Positions 1 through 13,181 of a stretch of DNA of 64,000 bases are shown here, piece after piece. The DNA comes from Octopus vulgaris (Eukaryota): NCBI GenBank assembly GCA_951406725.2, contig CATOCA020000001.1:10354001-10418000 (forward strand). The letters are read 5' to 3'. Position numbers and translations under genes: made by a program. The notes below the pieces were generated by a model. That model ran no database searches and was not told where the DNA came from. It saw only the letters and a list, made by a program, of their open reading frames with translations. Position 1 is the first letter of the stretch; every line of letters starts with the position of its first letter.

Positions 1-657
1 TGGCGGTCCGTTAGGCCATTTTATCCACCTCAATTGGCGTCCGCTGAGTCATTTTATTGATCTAGTTTATTGGTCCACTAATTCATTTTATCGATCTCGT
101 TTGGTGGTCCGCTAATTCATTTTATTGATTTCTTTTGGCGTCCGCTAGGCCATATTATCCACTCGATTGGCGGTCCGCTAAGTCATTTTATTGATCTAGT
201 TTATTGGTCCGCTAATTCATTTTATCGATCTCGTTTGGTGGTCCACTAATTCATTTATCGATCTCCTTTGTGGCTGGTCATTTTCGATCTCGTTTGGTGG
301 TCCGCTAGTCATTTATCATTTTAGTCATTTATATCTCGTTTGTGGTCCGCTAATCATTTTATCGATCTCGTTGGCGGTCCGCTAATCATTTTATCGATCT
401 CGTTTGGCGGTCCGCTAAGTCATTTTATCGATCTCGTTTGCGGTCCGCTAAGTCATTTTATCGATCTCGTTTGGCGGTCCGCTAAGTCATTTTATCATTT
501 TGTTGGGACCGCTTTTTAATTTTCGATCTAAGTCATTTTCAACTCTTTGCGAACCGCTAAGTCTTTGGGTCAATAAGTCATTTTATCGATCTCGTTTGGT
601 GGTCCGCTAAGTCATTTTATCGATCTCGTTTGGTGGTCCGCTGGTCATTTTATCGAT
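1..657. repeat. 34-bp tandem satellite (consensus GGTCCGCTAAGTCATTTTATCGATCTCGTTTGGT); two more units at about 831-900
   Basis: GGTCCG recurs at 601 and 635 (period 34). Units are indel-rich between about 240 and 570. Confidence 0.95.
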
Positions 658-1653
658 CCGGTGCTCTCGTAGGTACATCAGAACAAGGTAAATACCTAGG
701 AAGTCTGTACCTTGTGCAGAGGTAAGTCTGTAGCTTGTGCAGAATCCGGTGTTCCCGTAGGTACATCAGAGCAAGGTAAATACCTCAGAACAAGGTAAAT
801 ACCTAGTAAGTCTGTATCATTGTGCAGAGTCCTTTTATCGATCTCGTTTGTTGGTCCGCTAAGTTATTTTATCGATCTGGTTTGGTGGTCCGCTAGGTCA
901 TAACAAGGTAAATACCTAGTAAGTCTGTAGCTTGTGCAGAGTCCGGTGCTCCCGTAGGTACATCAGAACAAGGTAAATACCTAGTAAGTCTGTAGCTTGT
1001 GCAGAGTCCGGTGCTCCCGTATGTACCTACGGGAGCACCGGATTCTGCACAAGCTACAGACTTACTAGGTATTTACCTTGTTCTGATGTGCCCGTGGGAG
1101 CACCGGATTCTGCACAAGCTACAGACTTACTAGTTATTTACCTTGTTCTGATGTACCTACGGGAGCACCGGACTCTGCACAAGCTACAGACTTACTAGGT
1201 ATATACCTTGTTCTGATGTACCTACGGGAGCACCGGACTCTGCACAAGCTACAGACTTACAAGGTATTTACCTTGTTCTGATGTACCTACGGGAGCACCG
1301 GACTCTGCACAAGCTACAGACTTACTAGGTATTTACCTTGTGCTGATGTACCTACGGGAGCACCGGACTCTGCACAAGCTACAGACATACTAGGTATTTA
1401 TCTCGTTCTGATGTACCTACGGGGGCACCGGATTCTGCACAAGCTACAGACTTACTAGGTATTTACCTTGTTCTGATGTACCTACGGGAGCACCGGTCTC
1501 TGCACAAGCTACAGACTTACTAGGTATTTACCTTGTTCTGATGTACCTACGGGAGCACCGGTCTCTGCACAAGCTACAGACTTACTAGGTATTTACCTTG
1601 TTCTGATGTACCTACGGGAGCACCGGACTCTGCACAAGCTACAGACTTACTAG
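657..1653. repeat. 65-bp tandem satellite with an orientation switch at about 1021
   Basis: Unit GTCCGGTGCTCCCGTAGGTACATCAGAACAAGGTAAATACCTAGTAAGTCTGTAGCTTGTGCAGA starts at 941 and 1006. Reverse-complement units run 1021-1653. Confidence 0.97.
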
Positions 1654-2077
1654 TCAACAGCAGCCATAATCCGAAAAGAAGAACAAGTCAACATCATCGG
1701 TAACCACTGAGCCGCAGGTTTTATGTCGGAGTTATCCCAGTTACCTGAGTTATCTTCTAGAAGGACACCCTAACAAAGGCTAGGAGTCCTTAACTCCCAA
1801 TGGTTTAACCGCGCGATCGAGTATTCAGTCCGATTATTTCTATGTCGCCGCGCATGATACACCTTAAGCAAAAAAAATTACACATTTATTGGATGGCCGT
1901 TGACTCTCAAGAGTTCCTCCGCCGTTTGAGGGATTTTATTTTTCATCCCGTAGGGTGTCCAATAAAAACCCTCCTCATCAAGCAAGCTTGGTGGGGTTAC
2001 CGGTTTAGTCGCCGACGACCCGACCATGCAACAGGTTGTACTGGGTTACATTTTACCAGTAGCACTCAAGAGTGACC
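1654..2077 (-). mobile_element. Possible 5' UTR fragment of an RTE-type LINE
   Basis: GC-richer single-copy stretch. The minus strand has CTAGAAGATAACTC...AACTCCGACATAAAACC, loosely like RTE 5' UTR motifs. No ORF support. Confidence 0.3.
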
Positions 2078-2089
2078 TAATATATCAGG

Positions 2090-2400
2090 TCATACATACA
2101 TACAAAACTGAGAATGTGTGTCTGTCCGTCTGATTCCCTAAAACTTGAGAACTACACAACCAATTTCAATAAAATTTTACACATGTCTTACTTAGGGTCC
2201 ATGGAGTGCCATGGGCAACGCTCTGGGCGCCATCGGGCTCACTGTCCAGGGCTACGACACCACAGTGAGCGGTCGTGCCGTGTCCGGTCTGGTCCGGGTT
2301 TTAGAAAACATGAAATAGGATAACATCGAAAACGATATTGTTTTGCAAACAACGAAAGCAACACATGTAAAACATGACAGGCAACATAAAAAGATGTGTT
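2090..2400 (+). mobile_element. 5' fragment of a non-autonomous Helitron-like element
   Basis: AAAACTGAGAATGTGTGTCTGTCC resembles the 5' end of the complete Helitron at 30355. No 3' CTAG end seen. Confidence 0.4.
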
Positions 2401-2428
2401 CAGAGGTGATGGTGTGTATGTGTATATA

Positions 2429-2464
<36 letters not shown>

Positions 2465-2796
2465 TATGTCTGTATACATGTCTGTATGTATATGTCTGTG
2501 TGCATGTATGCATGTGTGTGTATGTAAGTGTATGTATATATGTTTGTGTATGTATATATGTGTTTGCATGTATGTACAATATCACCTACACATATGCAGC
2601 AGCGTTTTAGGCAACGAAAACATGAAATACGAAATCATCGAACACGAACTTGTTTTGCGAACAACGATAGAAACAAGACAGGCAACATTAGAACAGCTTT
2701 ACAGTTATCGGCTGTTTTATCCATTCCGCATTTGGACAAAATGCGTCTTCGTCTCAAACTGTTGCTCCCGTATCGGTTAAAATATATTAGAGATTT

Positions 2797-2984
2797 TTGT
2801 TTTACTTCTTTCAGTCATGCTGGAGCAACGCCTTTAGTCCAGCAAATCGACCCCAGGACTTATACTTTGTAAGCCTAGTACTTATTCTATCCGTCTCTTT
2901 TGCCGAACCGCTAAGTTATGGCGTGTTAAACACGCCGGCATTGGTTGTCAAGCGATATTGAGGGGACAAACACTGACACACACA

Positions 2985-3030
<46 letters not shown>

Positions 3031-3168
3031 CCGGCTTCTTTCAGTATCCGTCTACCAAATCCACTCACAAGACTTTGGTCGGCCCGAGGCTATAGTAGAA
3101 GACACTTTCCCAAGGCGCCACGCAGTGGGACTGAACCTGCAACCGTGTGGTTCGTAATGAAGCTACTT
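2797..3168 (-). mobile_element. SINE family A (tRNA-derived head, CORE-like segment, internal microsatellite)
   Basis: Reverse-complement match to the copy at 22215-22625. Confidence 0.9.
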
Positions 3169-3841
3169 ATATTTATATATATAGATATAAATATAAAGTA
3201 TTAATAGAAAGAGGTATATAAAAACCAGAATAGAAAATAAATGTCTTAGGCATAAAATATGAGAAAAGGTGAAATATTAAGGTGTTATATTCTTGAAACC
3301 TACTAGAATGGAACTTGTATGTATGAATGTATATGTACATCTATATTAAACTATGGTTGCAGAACAAACAAATATAAGGTCATCCACGTAACATTTCATA
3401 TCTCGAACATTTAATCACATAATGCTTTTTCTTTCATATAGAATATACATGCATAAAATCACGGATGATGAAACACAACCCATCAATACAAGCATATAAG
3501 AAAAATATAAACAAAATGTGTGAATACAGTCCATCGCGGTTAAAAGTTAATGATTAATAATTTAGCGACTAAAAAAATATATTTTTTTTAACATTACAAC
3601 ATCTAGAATAATAAATATATAAAAATACAAAGAAATATATAAATATATAGATATATAAAAAGATATTAAAAAAAATATATATAGGAAACATATAAATAAG
3701 TAATATATAATACATAAGGTAAGATAAAAGTTCATCGTTTAGAAATTTTTTCGATTAAAAATTACTTTTCATGATAAGGGAAACCTATTGTTAAAAGCCA
3801 GTGTCCAAGCTAAAAAGAAGAAACCATATGTACATATATAT

Positions 3842-3882
<41 letters not shown>

Positions 3883-3909
3883 TATATACACATATATATA
3901 TATATACAC

Positions 3910-3949
<40 letters not shown>

Positions 3950-3950
3950 A

Positions 3951-4611
3951 TATTGGTGTCCAATATTGGTGTCACTGTCCAATATTGGTGTCACTGGAAA
4001 GCTGCTGCAGTGGATCAAGTGCTTCCTGTCTAACAGAACCCAACATGTTGTAGTCGAAGGAGTCAAATCCAGCCCAGCCAAAGTCAGCAGTGGTGTCCCA
4101 CAAGGCACTGTGTTGGGCCCACTTCTCTTCATCATCTACATAAATGATATTACTGACACCATCAAACACAGTAACATCAGAACCTTCGCTGATGATTCCA
4201 AGCTCCAGAAGGTCATCAATGGCGTGGATGACCGAATAAACCTTCAGTCAGACCTACTGGCTGTTGTCCAATGGGCGGAAAAGAATAACATGTTGCTAAA
4301 TGAAGACAAATTCGAACTGATCCACTTTGGAAGGGAGGACGCTCTAAAACTCCCATACTCTCTTCCTTCTGGAGAAATTATCATGGCATCCAACAACATC
4401 AGAGACTTGGGAGTAACAGTGGACAACAACATAAGCTGGGCTACACATATAAGCAGCAAAGTTGACATGGCCCGCAGAATGTGTTCCTGGATTCTCAGAA
4501 CCTTCCAGTCGAGAGATTCCCACGCTATTATCCTTCTCTTCTCCACTTTTGCCCGACCCCACCTTGAGTACTGCTGTCCACTGTGGTCTCCCTACACAAA
4601 ACAAAATATTA
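3951..4611 (+). pseudogene. Non-LTR retrotransposon (CR1/L2-like) reverse transcriptase fragment
   Basis: [29 protein letters not shown] and [13 protein letters not shown] motifs in one open frame. Truncated by (TA)n on the 5' side and by the 65-bp satellite on the 3' side. Confidence 0.95.
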
Positions 4612-5517
4612 TGAGCACCGGACTCTGCACGAGCTACAGACTTACTAGGTATTTACCTTGTTCTGATGTACATACGGGAGCACCGGATTCTGCACAAGCT
4701 ACAGACTTACTAGGTATTTACCTTTTCCTGATGTTACTACGGGAGCACCGGACTCTGAACAAGCTACAGACTTACTAGGTATTTACCTTGTGCTGGTGTA
4801 CCTACGGGAGCACCGGACTCTGCACAAGCTACAGACTTACTAGGTATTTACCTTGTTCTGATGTACCTACGGGAGCACCGGACTCTGCACAAGCTACAGA
4901 CTGACTAGGTATTTATCTTGTTCTGATGTACCTACGGGAGCACCGGATTCTGCACAAGCTACAGACTTACTAGTTATTTACCTTGTTCTGATGTACCTAC
5001 GGGAGCACCGGATTCTGCACAAGCTACAGACTTACTAGGTATTTACCTTGTTCTGATGTACCTACGGGAACACCGGAGTCTGCACAAGCTACAGACTGAC
5101 TAGGTATTTACATTGTTCTGATGTACCTACGGGAGCACCGGACTCTGCACAAGCTACAGACTTACTAGGTATTTACCTTGTTCTGGTGTACCTACGGGAG
5201 CACCGGCTTCTGCACAAGCTACAGACTTACTAGGTATTTACCTTGTTCTGATGTACCTACGGGAACACCAGATTCTGCACAAGCTACAGACTTACTAGGT
5301 ATTTACCTTGTTCTGATGTACCTACGGGAGCACCGGATTCTGCACAAGCTACAGACTTACTAGGTATTTACCCTGTTCTGATGTACCTACGGGAGCACCG
5401 GATTCTGCACAAGCTACAGACTTACTAGGTATTTACCTTGTTCTGATATACATACGGGAGCACCGGATTCTGCACAAGCTACAGACTTACTAGGTATTTA
5501 CCTTGTTCTGATGTACA
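4612..5517. repeat. 65-bp satellite, second array (about 14 units, same orientation as 1021-1653)
   Basis: Repeated GAGCACCGGACTCTGCACAAGCTACAGACTTACTAGGTATTTACCTTGTTCTGATGTACCTACGG. Confidence 0.97.
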
Positions 5518-5584
5518 TGTGTATATATGTGTTTGTGTATGTATATATATATATATGTTATTATTTATTTATCTAAAGGTTTAT

Positions 5585-5615
<31 letters not shown>

Positions 5616-5964
5616 GTGTGTATGTATATATATATGTGTGTGTGTATGTATATATATGTGTGTGTGTGCATGTATATATATGTGTGTGTGTATGTATATA
5701 TATATGTATATGTTATTATTTCTTTATGCCATGGTTTATTATATACATATATATATATATATATGTGTGTTTGTGTGTGTGTGTATGTATATATATGTGT
5801 GTGTCTGTATGTATATATATGTGTGTGTGTGCATGTATATATATGTGTGTGTGTATGTGTATATATGTGTTTGTATGTGTATATATGTGTGTGTGTATGT
5901 ATATATATATATATATGTTATTATTTATTTATCTAAAGGTTTATAATATACATATATATATATA

Positions 5965-5997
<33 letters not shown>

Positions 5998-7409
5998 GTT
6001 ATTATTTATTTATCTAAAGCTTATTATATACATATATATATATATGTATGTGTGTATGTATATATGTGTGTGTATGTGTATATATATATATATATGTTAT
6101 TATTTATTTATCTAAAGGTTTATTATATACATATATATATATATGTATGTGTGTATGTATATATATGTGTGTGTGTGTATGTATATATATGTGTGTGTGT
6201 GTGCAAGTATATATATGTGTGTGTGTATGTATATATATATATATGTTATTATTTATTTATGTGAACGTTTATTATATACATATATATATATGTGGGTGTG
6301 TATGTATATATATATGTTATTATTTATTTATCTAAAGGTTTATTATATACATATATATATATGCATGTGTGTATGTATATATATGTGTGTGTGTATGTAT
6401 ATATATATATATATATGTTATTATTTATTTATGTAAAGGTTTATTATATACATATATATATATACGTGTGTATGTATATATATGTGTGTGTGTGTATGTA
6501 TATATATGTGTGTGTGTGTATGTATATATATGTGTGTGTGTTTCATGTTCGTCTCTGTTGCGTTGCATTCTTTCCTTCTGTGGCTGGCTGATTCGGAGCG
6601 GATCTCAGAATTAAACAGCCGAAATCTGCGATGAGGGATCAGTGTCTGACTGAAGAATGAAGGCTTTGAATGACCCGTCTGTCTTTTTGTTCGTCCCTTC
6701 GTGTATTTCACGTTATTTCTTTATGTAAAGGTTTATTATATATTTGGCAGCGTACGTGCATAATAACTTCTTTATGTTTATCATATCAAAACCCCTGCAC
6801 GATGTTTTTAACTATTTTCTTTCCTTCGCCATTGCTTCGTTGCCAAATTGTTTTGGCGCATTTTTCTCTCAGCCTCTCTGATTCCTTCTCTCCCTCTCTC
6901 TCTTGATCACTGCTTCTTCTCTGATTCCTTCTCTCCCTCTCTCTCTCTCTCGGTCACTGCTTCTATCCTCGCCTTCTACCCTCCTTGGTCCCCTCTCTCT
7001 CTTAGCCCCACCTCTCTCTTACCCTCTTGCGAATTGCTGCCTCAGCCATTCTCTTTCCACCGGCCACTTGTTCAACATGTGTCTTATCACCGAAAAGGTA
7101 ATTATTTTTCCACGCTTGCTGATATTGTTTTTGTGTCTCTCTTTTTGTGTTAAAGCCATAGGGCGCCTGTGGCATCCATGTTTTTAACCGTTACTGTCTC
7201 CAAAAAAGATTTTTCGTTTCATGTTCGTCTCTGTTGCGTTGCATTCTTTCCTTCCGTGGCTGGCTGATTCGGAGCGGATCTCAGAATTGAACGGCCGAAC
7301 TCTGCGATGAGGGATCAGTTTCTGACTGAAAAATGAAGGATTTGAATGACCCGTTTGTCTTTTTATTCGTCCCTTCGTGTATTTCACGTTATTTATTTAT
7401 GTAAAGGTT

Positions 7410-7457
<48 letters not shown>

Positions 7458-8542
7458 ATGTATATATATATATTTATGTTATTATTTATTTATCTAAAGC
7501 TTATTATATTCATATATATATATATATGTATGTGTTTATGTATATATATATATGTGTGTGTGTATATATATATATATATATGTTATTATTTATTTATGTA
7601 AATGTTTATTATATACATATATATATATATGTATGTGTGTATGTATATATATGTGTGTGTATGTATATATATGTGTGTGTGTGTTTCATGTTCGTCCCTG
7701 TTGCGTTGCATTCTTTCCTTCTGTGGCTGGCTGATTCGGAGCGGATCTCAGAATTAAACAGCCGAAATCTGCGATGAGGGATCAGTGTCTGACTGAAGAA
7801 TGAAGGCTTTGAATGACCCGTTTGTCTTTTCGTTCGTCCCTTCGTGAATTTCACGTTATTTATTTATGTAAAGGTTTATTATATATTTCGCAGCGTACGT
7901 GCATAATAACTTCTTTATGTTTATCATATCAAAACCCCTGCACGATGTCTTTAAATTATTTTCTTTCCTTCGCCATTGCTTCGTTGCCAAATTGTTTTGG
8001 CGCCTTTTTCTCCCAGCCTTTCTGATTCCTTCTCTCCCTCTCTCTCTTGATCACTGCTTCTTCTCTGATTCCTTCTCTCCCTCTCTCTCTCTCGGTCACT
8101 GCTTCTGTCCTCGCCTACTACCCTACTTGATCCTCTCTCTCTCTTAGCCCCTCCTCTCTCTTACCCTCTTGCGACTTGCCATTCTCTTTCCATCGGCCAC
8201 TTGTTCAACGTGTGTCTTATCACCGAAGAGGTAATTATTTTTCCACGCTTGCTGATATTGTTTTTGTGTCTCTCGTTTTGTGTCAAAGCCATAGGGCGCC
8301 TGTGTCATCCATGTTTTTAACCGTTACTGTCTCCAAAAAAGATTTTTCGTTTCATGTTCGTCTCTGTGGCGTTGCATTATTTCCTTCCGTGGCTGGCTGA
8401 TTCGGAGCGGATCTCAGAATTGAACGGCCGAAATCTGCGATGAGGGATCAGATTCTGACTGAAGAATTAAGGCTTTGAATGACCCGTTTGTCTTTTTGTT
8501 CGTCCCTTCGTGAATTTCACGTTATTTATTTATATAAAGGAT

Positions 8543-8590
<48 letters not shown>

Positions 8591-9434
8591 ATATGTATGT
8601 ATGTATGTATATATATATATGTATATATATATGTGTGTGTATATATATATGTGTGTGTGTATGTATATATATATATATGTGTGTGTGTGTATGTATATAT
8701 GTATGTGTGTGTATGTATATGTGTATGTGTGTGTATGTATATATATGTGTGTGTGTGTATATATATATATGTGTGTTTGTGTGTGTATGTATATATATAT
8801 GTGTGTGTGTGTGTAAGTATATATATGTGTGTTTGTGTGTGTGTGTTTATGTATATATATGTGTGTGTCTGTATGTATATATATGTGTGTGTGTGCATGT
8901 ATATATGTGTGGGTGTATGTGTATATATGTGTGTGTGTATGTATATATATAATTATATATGTATGTTATTTATTTATCTAAAAGTTTATTATATACATAT
9001 ATATATATATATGTGTGTGTGTGTGTATATATATATATGTTATTTATTTATCTAAAGCTTATTATATACATATATATATATATATGTATGCGTGTATGTA
9101 TATATATGTGTGTGTGTATGTATATATATATAAATATGTAATTATTTATTTATCTAAAGGTTTATTATATACATATATATATATATATGTATGTGTGTAT
9201 GTATATATATGTGTGTGTATGTATATATATGTGTGTGTGTGTTTCATGTTCGTCCCTGTTGCGTTGCATTCTTTCCTTCTGTGGCTGGCTGATTCGGAGC
9301 GGATCTCAGAATTGAACGGCCGAAATCTGCGATGAGGGATCAGTTTCTGACTGAAGAATGAAGGCTTTGAATGACCCGTATGTCTATTTGTTCGACCCTT
9401 CGTGTATTTCACGTTATTTATTTATGTAAAGGTT

Positions 9435-9492
<58 letters not shown>

Positions 9493-11220
9493 ATATGTAT
9501 GTATGTATGTATATATATATATGTATATATATATATGTGTGTATGTATATATATATGTGTGTGTGTATGTATATATATCTATGTGTGTGTGTATGTATAT
9601 ATGTATGTGTGTGTATGTATATTTTTATGTGTGTGTATGTATATATTTATGTGTGTGTGTATGTATATATATATGTTCTTATTTATTTATCTAAAGGTTT
9701 ATTATATACATATATATATATATGTATGTGTGTATGTATATATATGTGTGTGTGTATGTATATATATATGTGTGTGTGTGTAAGTATATATATGTGTGTT
9801 TGTGTGTGTGTGTGTATGTATATATATGTGTGTGTGTGTATGTATATATATGTGTGTGTGTGCATGTATATATATGTGTGTGTGTGTGTGTGTAGAACAA
9901 GGTAAATACCTAGTTAGTCTGTAGCTTGTGCAGAGTCCGGTGCTCCCGTAGGTACATCAGAACATATATATATATGTTATTATTTTCTTATGTAAAGGTT
10001 TATTATATACATATATATATATATATATGTGTGTGTGTATGTATATATATATATATGTTATTATTTATTTATCTAAAGGTTTATTATATACATATATATA
10101 TATGTATGTGTGTATGTATATATATGTGTGTGTGTATGTGTATATATATATATATATGTTATTATTTATTTATCTAAAGCTTATTATATACATATATATA
10201 TATATGTATGTGTGTATGTATATATATGTGTGTGTGTATGTATATATATATATGTTATTATTTATTTATGTAAAGGTTTATTATATACATATATATATAT
10301 ACGTGTGCATGTATATATATGTGTGTGTGTTTATGTATGTATATGTGTGTGTGTGTTTCATGTTCGTCTCTGTTGCGTTGCATTCTTTCCTTCTGTGGCT
10401 TGCTGATTCGGAGAGGATCTCAGAATTAAACAGCCGAAATCTGCGATGAGGGATTAGTTTCTCACTGAAGAATGAAGGCTTTGAATGACCCGTCTGTCTT
10501 TTTGTTCGTCCCTTCGTGTATTTCACGTTATTTCTTTATGTAAAGGTTTATTATATATTTCGCAGCGTACGTGCATAATAACTTCTTTATGTTTATCATA
10601 TCAAAAACCCTGCACGATATATTTAAAATATTTTTCTCCTTCGCCTTTGCTTCGTTGCCAAATTGTTTTGGTGCCTTTTTCTCCCAGTCTCTCTGATTCC
10701 TTCTCTCCCTCTCACTCTTGATCACTGCTTCTTCTCTGATTCCTTCTCTCCCTCTCTCTCTCTCGGTCACTGCGTCTGTCCTCGCCTTCTACCCTCCTTG
10801 GTCCCCTCTCTCTCTTTGCCCCTCCTCTCTCTTACCCTCTTGCGACCTGCTGCCTCAGCCATTCTCTTTCCATCGGCCACTTGTTCAACATGTGTCTTAT
10901 CAGCGAAAAGGTAATTATGTTTCCACGCTTATGATATTGTTTTTGTGTCTCTTTTTTTGTGTTAAAGCCGTAGGGCGCCTGTGTCATCCATGTTTTTAAC
11001 CGTTACGGTGTTCAAAAAAGATTTTTCGTTTCATGTTCGTCTCTGTTGCGTTGCATTATTTCCTTCTGTGGCTGGCTGATTCGGAGCGGATCTCAGAATT
11101 GAACGGCCGAAATCTGCGATGAGGGATCAGTTTCTGACTGAAGAATGAAGGATTGGAATGACCCGTTTGTCTTTTTGTTCGTCCCTTCGTGTATTTCACG
11201 TTATTTTTTATGTAAAGGTT

Positions 11221-11261
<41 letters not shown>

Positions 11262-13016
11262 TATATGTATGTATATATGTATGTATATATGTATATATAT
11301 ATATGTATATATATATATGTGTGTATGTATATATATATATATGTGTGTGTGTGTATGTATATATATATGTGTGTGTGCATGTATATATGTGTGTGTTTGT
11401 GTGTGTATGTATATATATGTGTGTGTGTGTGTAAGTATATATATGTGTGTTTGTGTGTGTATGTATATATATATGTGTGTGTGTATGTATATATATGTTT
11501 GTGTGTGCATGTATATATATGTGTGTGTGTATGTGTATATATGTGTGTGTGTATGTGTATATATATATATATATGTTATTATTTATTTATGTAAAGGTTT
11601 ATTATATACATATATATATATATGTGAGTCTGTATATATTTATATATATATGTTATTAATTATTTATCTAAATGTTTATTATATACATATATATATATAT
11701 GTATGTGTGTATGTATATATATGTGTGTGTGTATGTATATATATATATATATATGTTATTATTTATTTATCTAAAGGTTTATTATATACATATATATATA
11801 TATGTGTGTGTGCATGTATATATATGTGTGTGTATGTATATATATATATATATGTTATTATTTATTTATGCAAAGGTCTATTATATACATATACATATAT
11901 ATGTGTGTGTATGTATATATATATATATATATATGTTATTATTTATTTATCTAAACGTTTATTATATACATATATATATATATATGTATGTGTGTATGTA
12001 TATATATGTGTGTGTGTGTATGTATATATATATATATATGTTATTATTTATTTATGTAAATGTTTATTATATACATATATATATATATGTATGTGTGTAT
12101 GTATATATATGTGTGTGTGTGTATGTATATATATGTGTTTGTGTGTTTCATGTTCGTTTCTGTTGCGTTGCATTCTTTTCTTCTGTGGCTGGTTGATTCG
12201 GAGCGGATCTCAGAATTAAACAGCCGAAATCTGCGATGAGGGATCAGTTTCTGACTGAAGAATGAAGGCTTTGAATGACCCGTTTGTCTTTTTGTTCGTC
12301 CCTTCGTGTATTTCACGTTATTTATTTATGTAAAGGTTTATTATATATTTCGCAGGGTACGTGTATAATAACTTCTTTATGTTTATCATATCAAAACCCC
12401 TGCACGATGTCTTTAAACTATTTTCTTTCCTTCGCCATTGCTTCGTTGCCAAATTGTTCTGGCCTCTTTTTCTCCCAGCCTCTCTAATTCCTTTTCTCCC
12501 TCTCTCTCTTGATCACTGCTTCTTCTCTGATTCCTTCTCTCCCTCTCTCTCTCTCGGTCACTGCGTCTGTCCTCGCCTTCTACCCTCCTTGGTACCCTCT
12601 CTCTCTTAGCCCCTCCTCTCTCTTACCCTCTTGCGACTTGCTGCCTCAGCCATTCTCTTTCCATCGGCCACTTGTTCAACATGTGTCTTATCACCGAAAA
12701 GGTAATTATTTTTCCACGCTTGCTGATATTGTTTTTGTGTCTCTCTTTTTGTGTTAAAGCCATAGGGCGCCTGTGTCATCCATGTTTTTAACCGTTACTG
12801 TCTCCAAAAAAGATTTTTCTTTTCATGTTCGTCTCTGTTGCGTTGCATTCTTTCCTTCCGTGGCTGGCTGATTCGGAGCGGATCTCAGAATTGAACGGCC
12901 GAAATCTGCGATGAGGGATCAGTTTCTGAATGAAAAATGAAGGATTTGAATGACCCGTTTGTCTTTTTATTCGTCCCTTCGTGTATTTCACGTTATTTAT
13001 TTATGTAAAAGTTTAT

Positions 13017-13053
<37 letters not shown>

Positions 13054-13142
13054 ATGTATATATATATATTTATGTTATTATTTATTTATCTAAAGCTTAT
13101 TATATTCATATATATATATATGTATGTGTGTATGTATATATA

Positions 13143-13181
<39 letters not shown>

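Noticed and set aside
1-1653. CRISPR-like array
   Set aside because: Units are contiguous tandem repeats without unique spacers, there are no cas genes, and the context is eukaryotic.
3801-4778. 325-aa ORF as a gene
   Set aside because: Chimera of (TA)n translation, a LINE RT fragment and satellite read-through.
6541-6740. Block A as a repeated exon, snoRNA or active hammerhead
   Set aside because: No recognisable protein and no consistent splice sites or C/D boxes. GGCTG..CAGCC-GAAA lacks an upstream CUGANGA, and CTGAAGA lacks a downstream GAAA.
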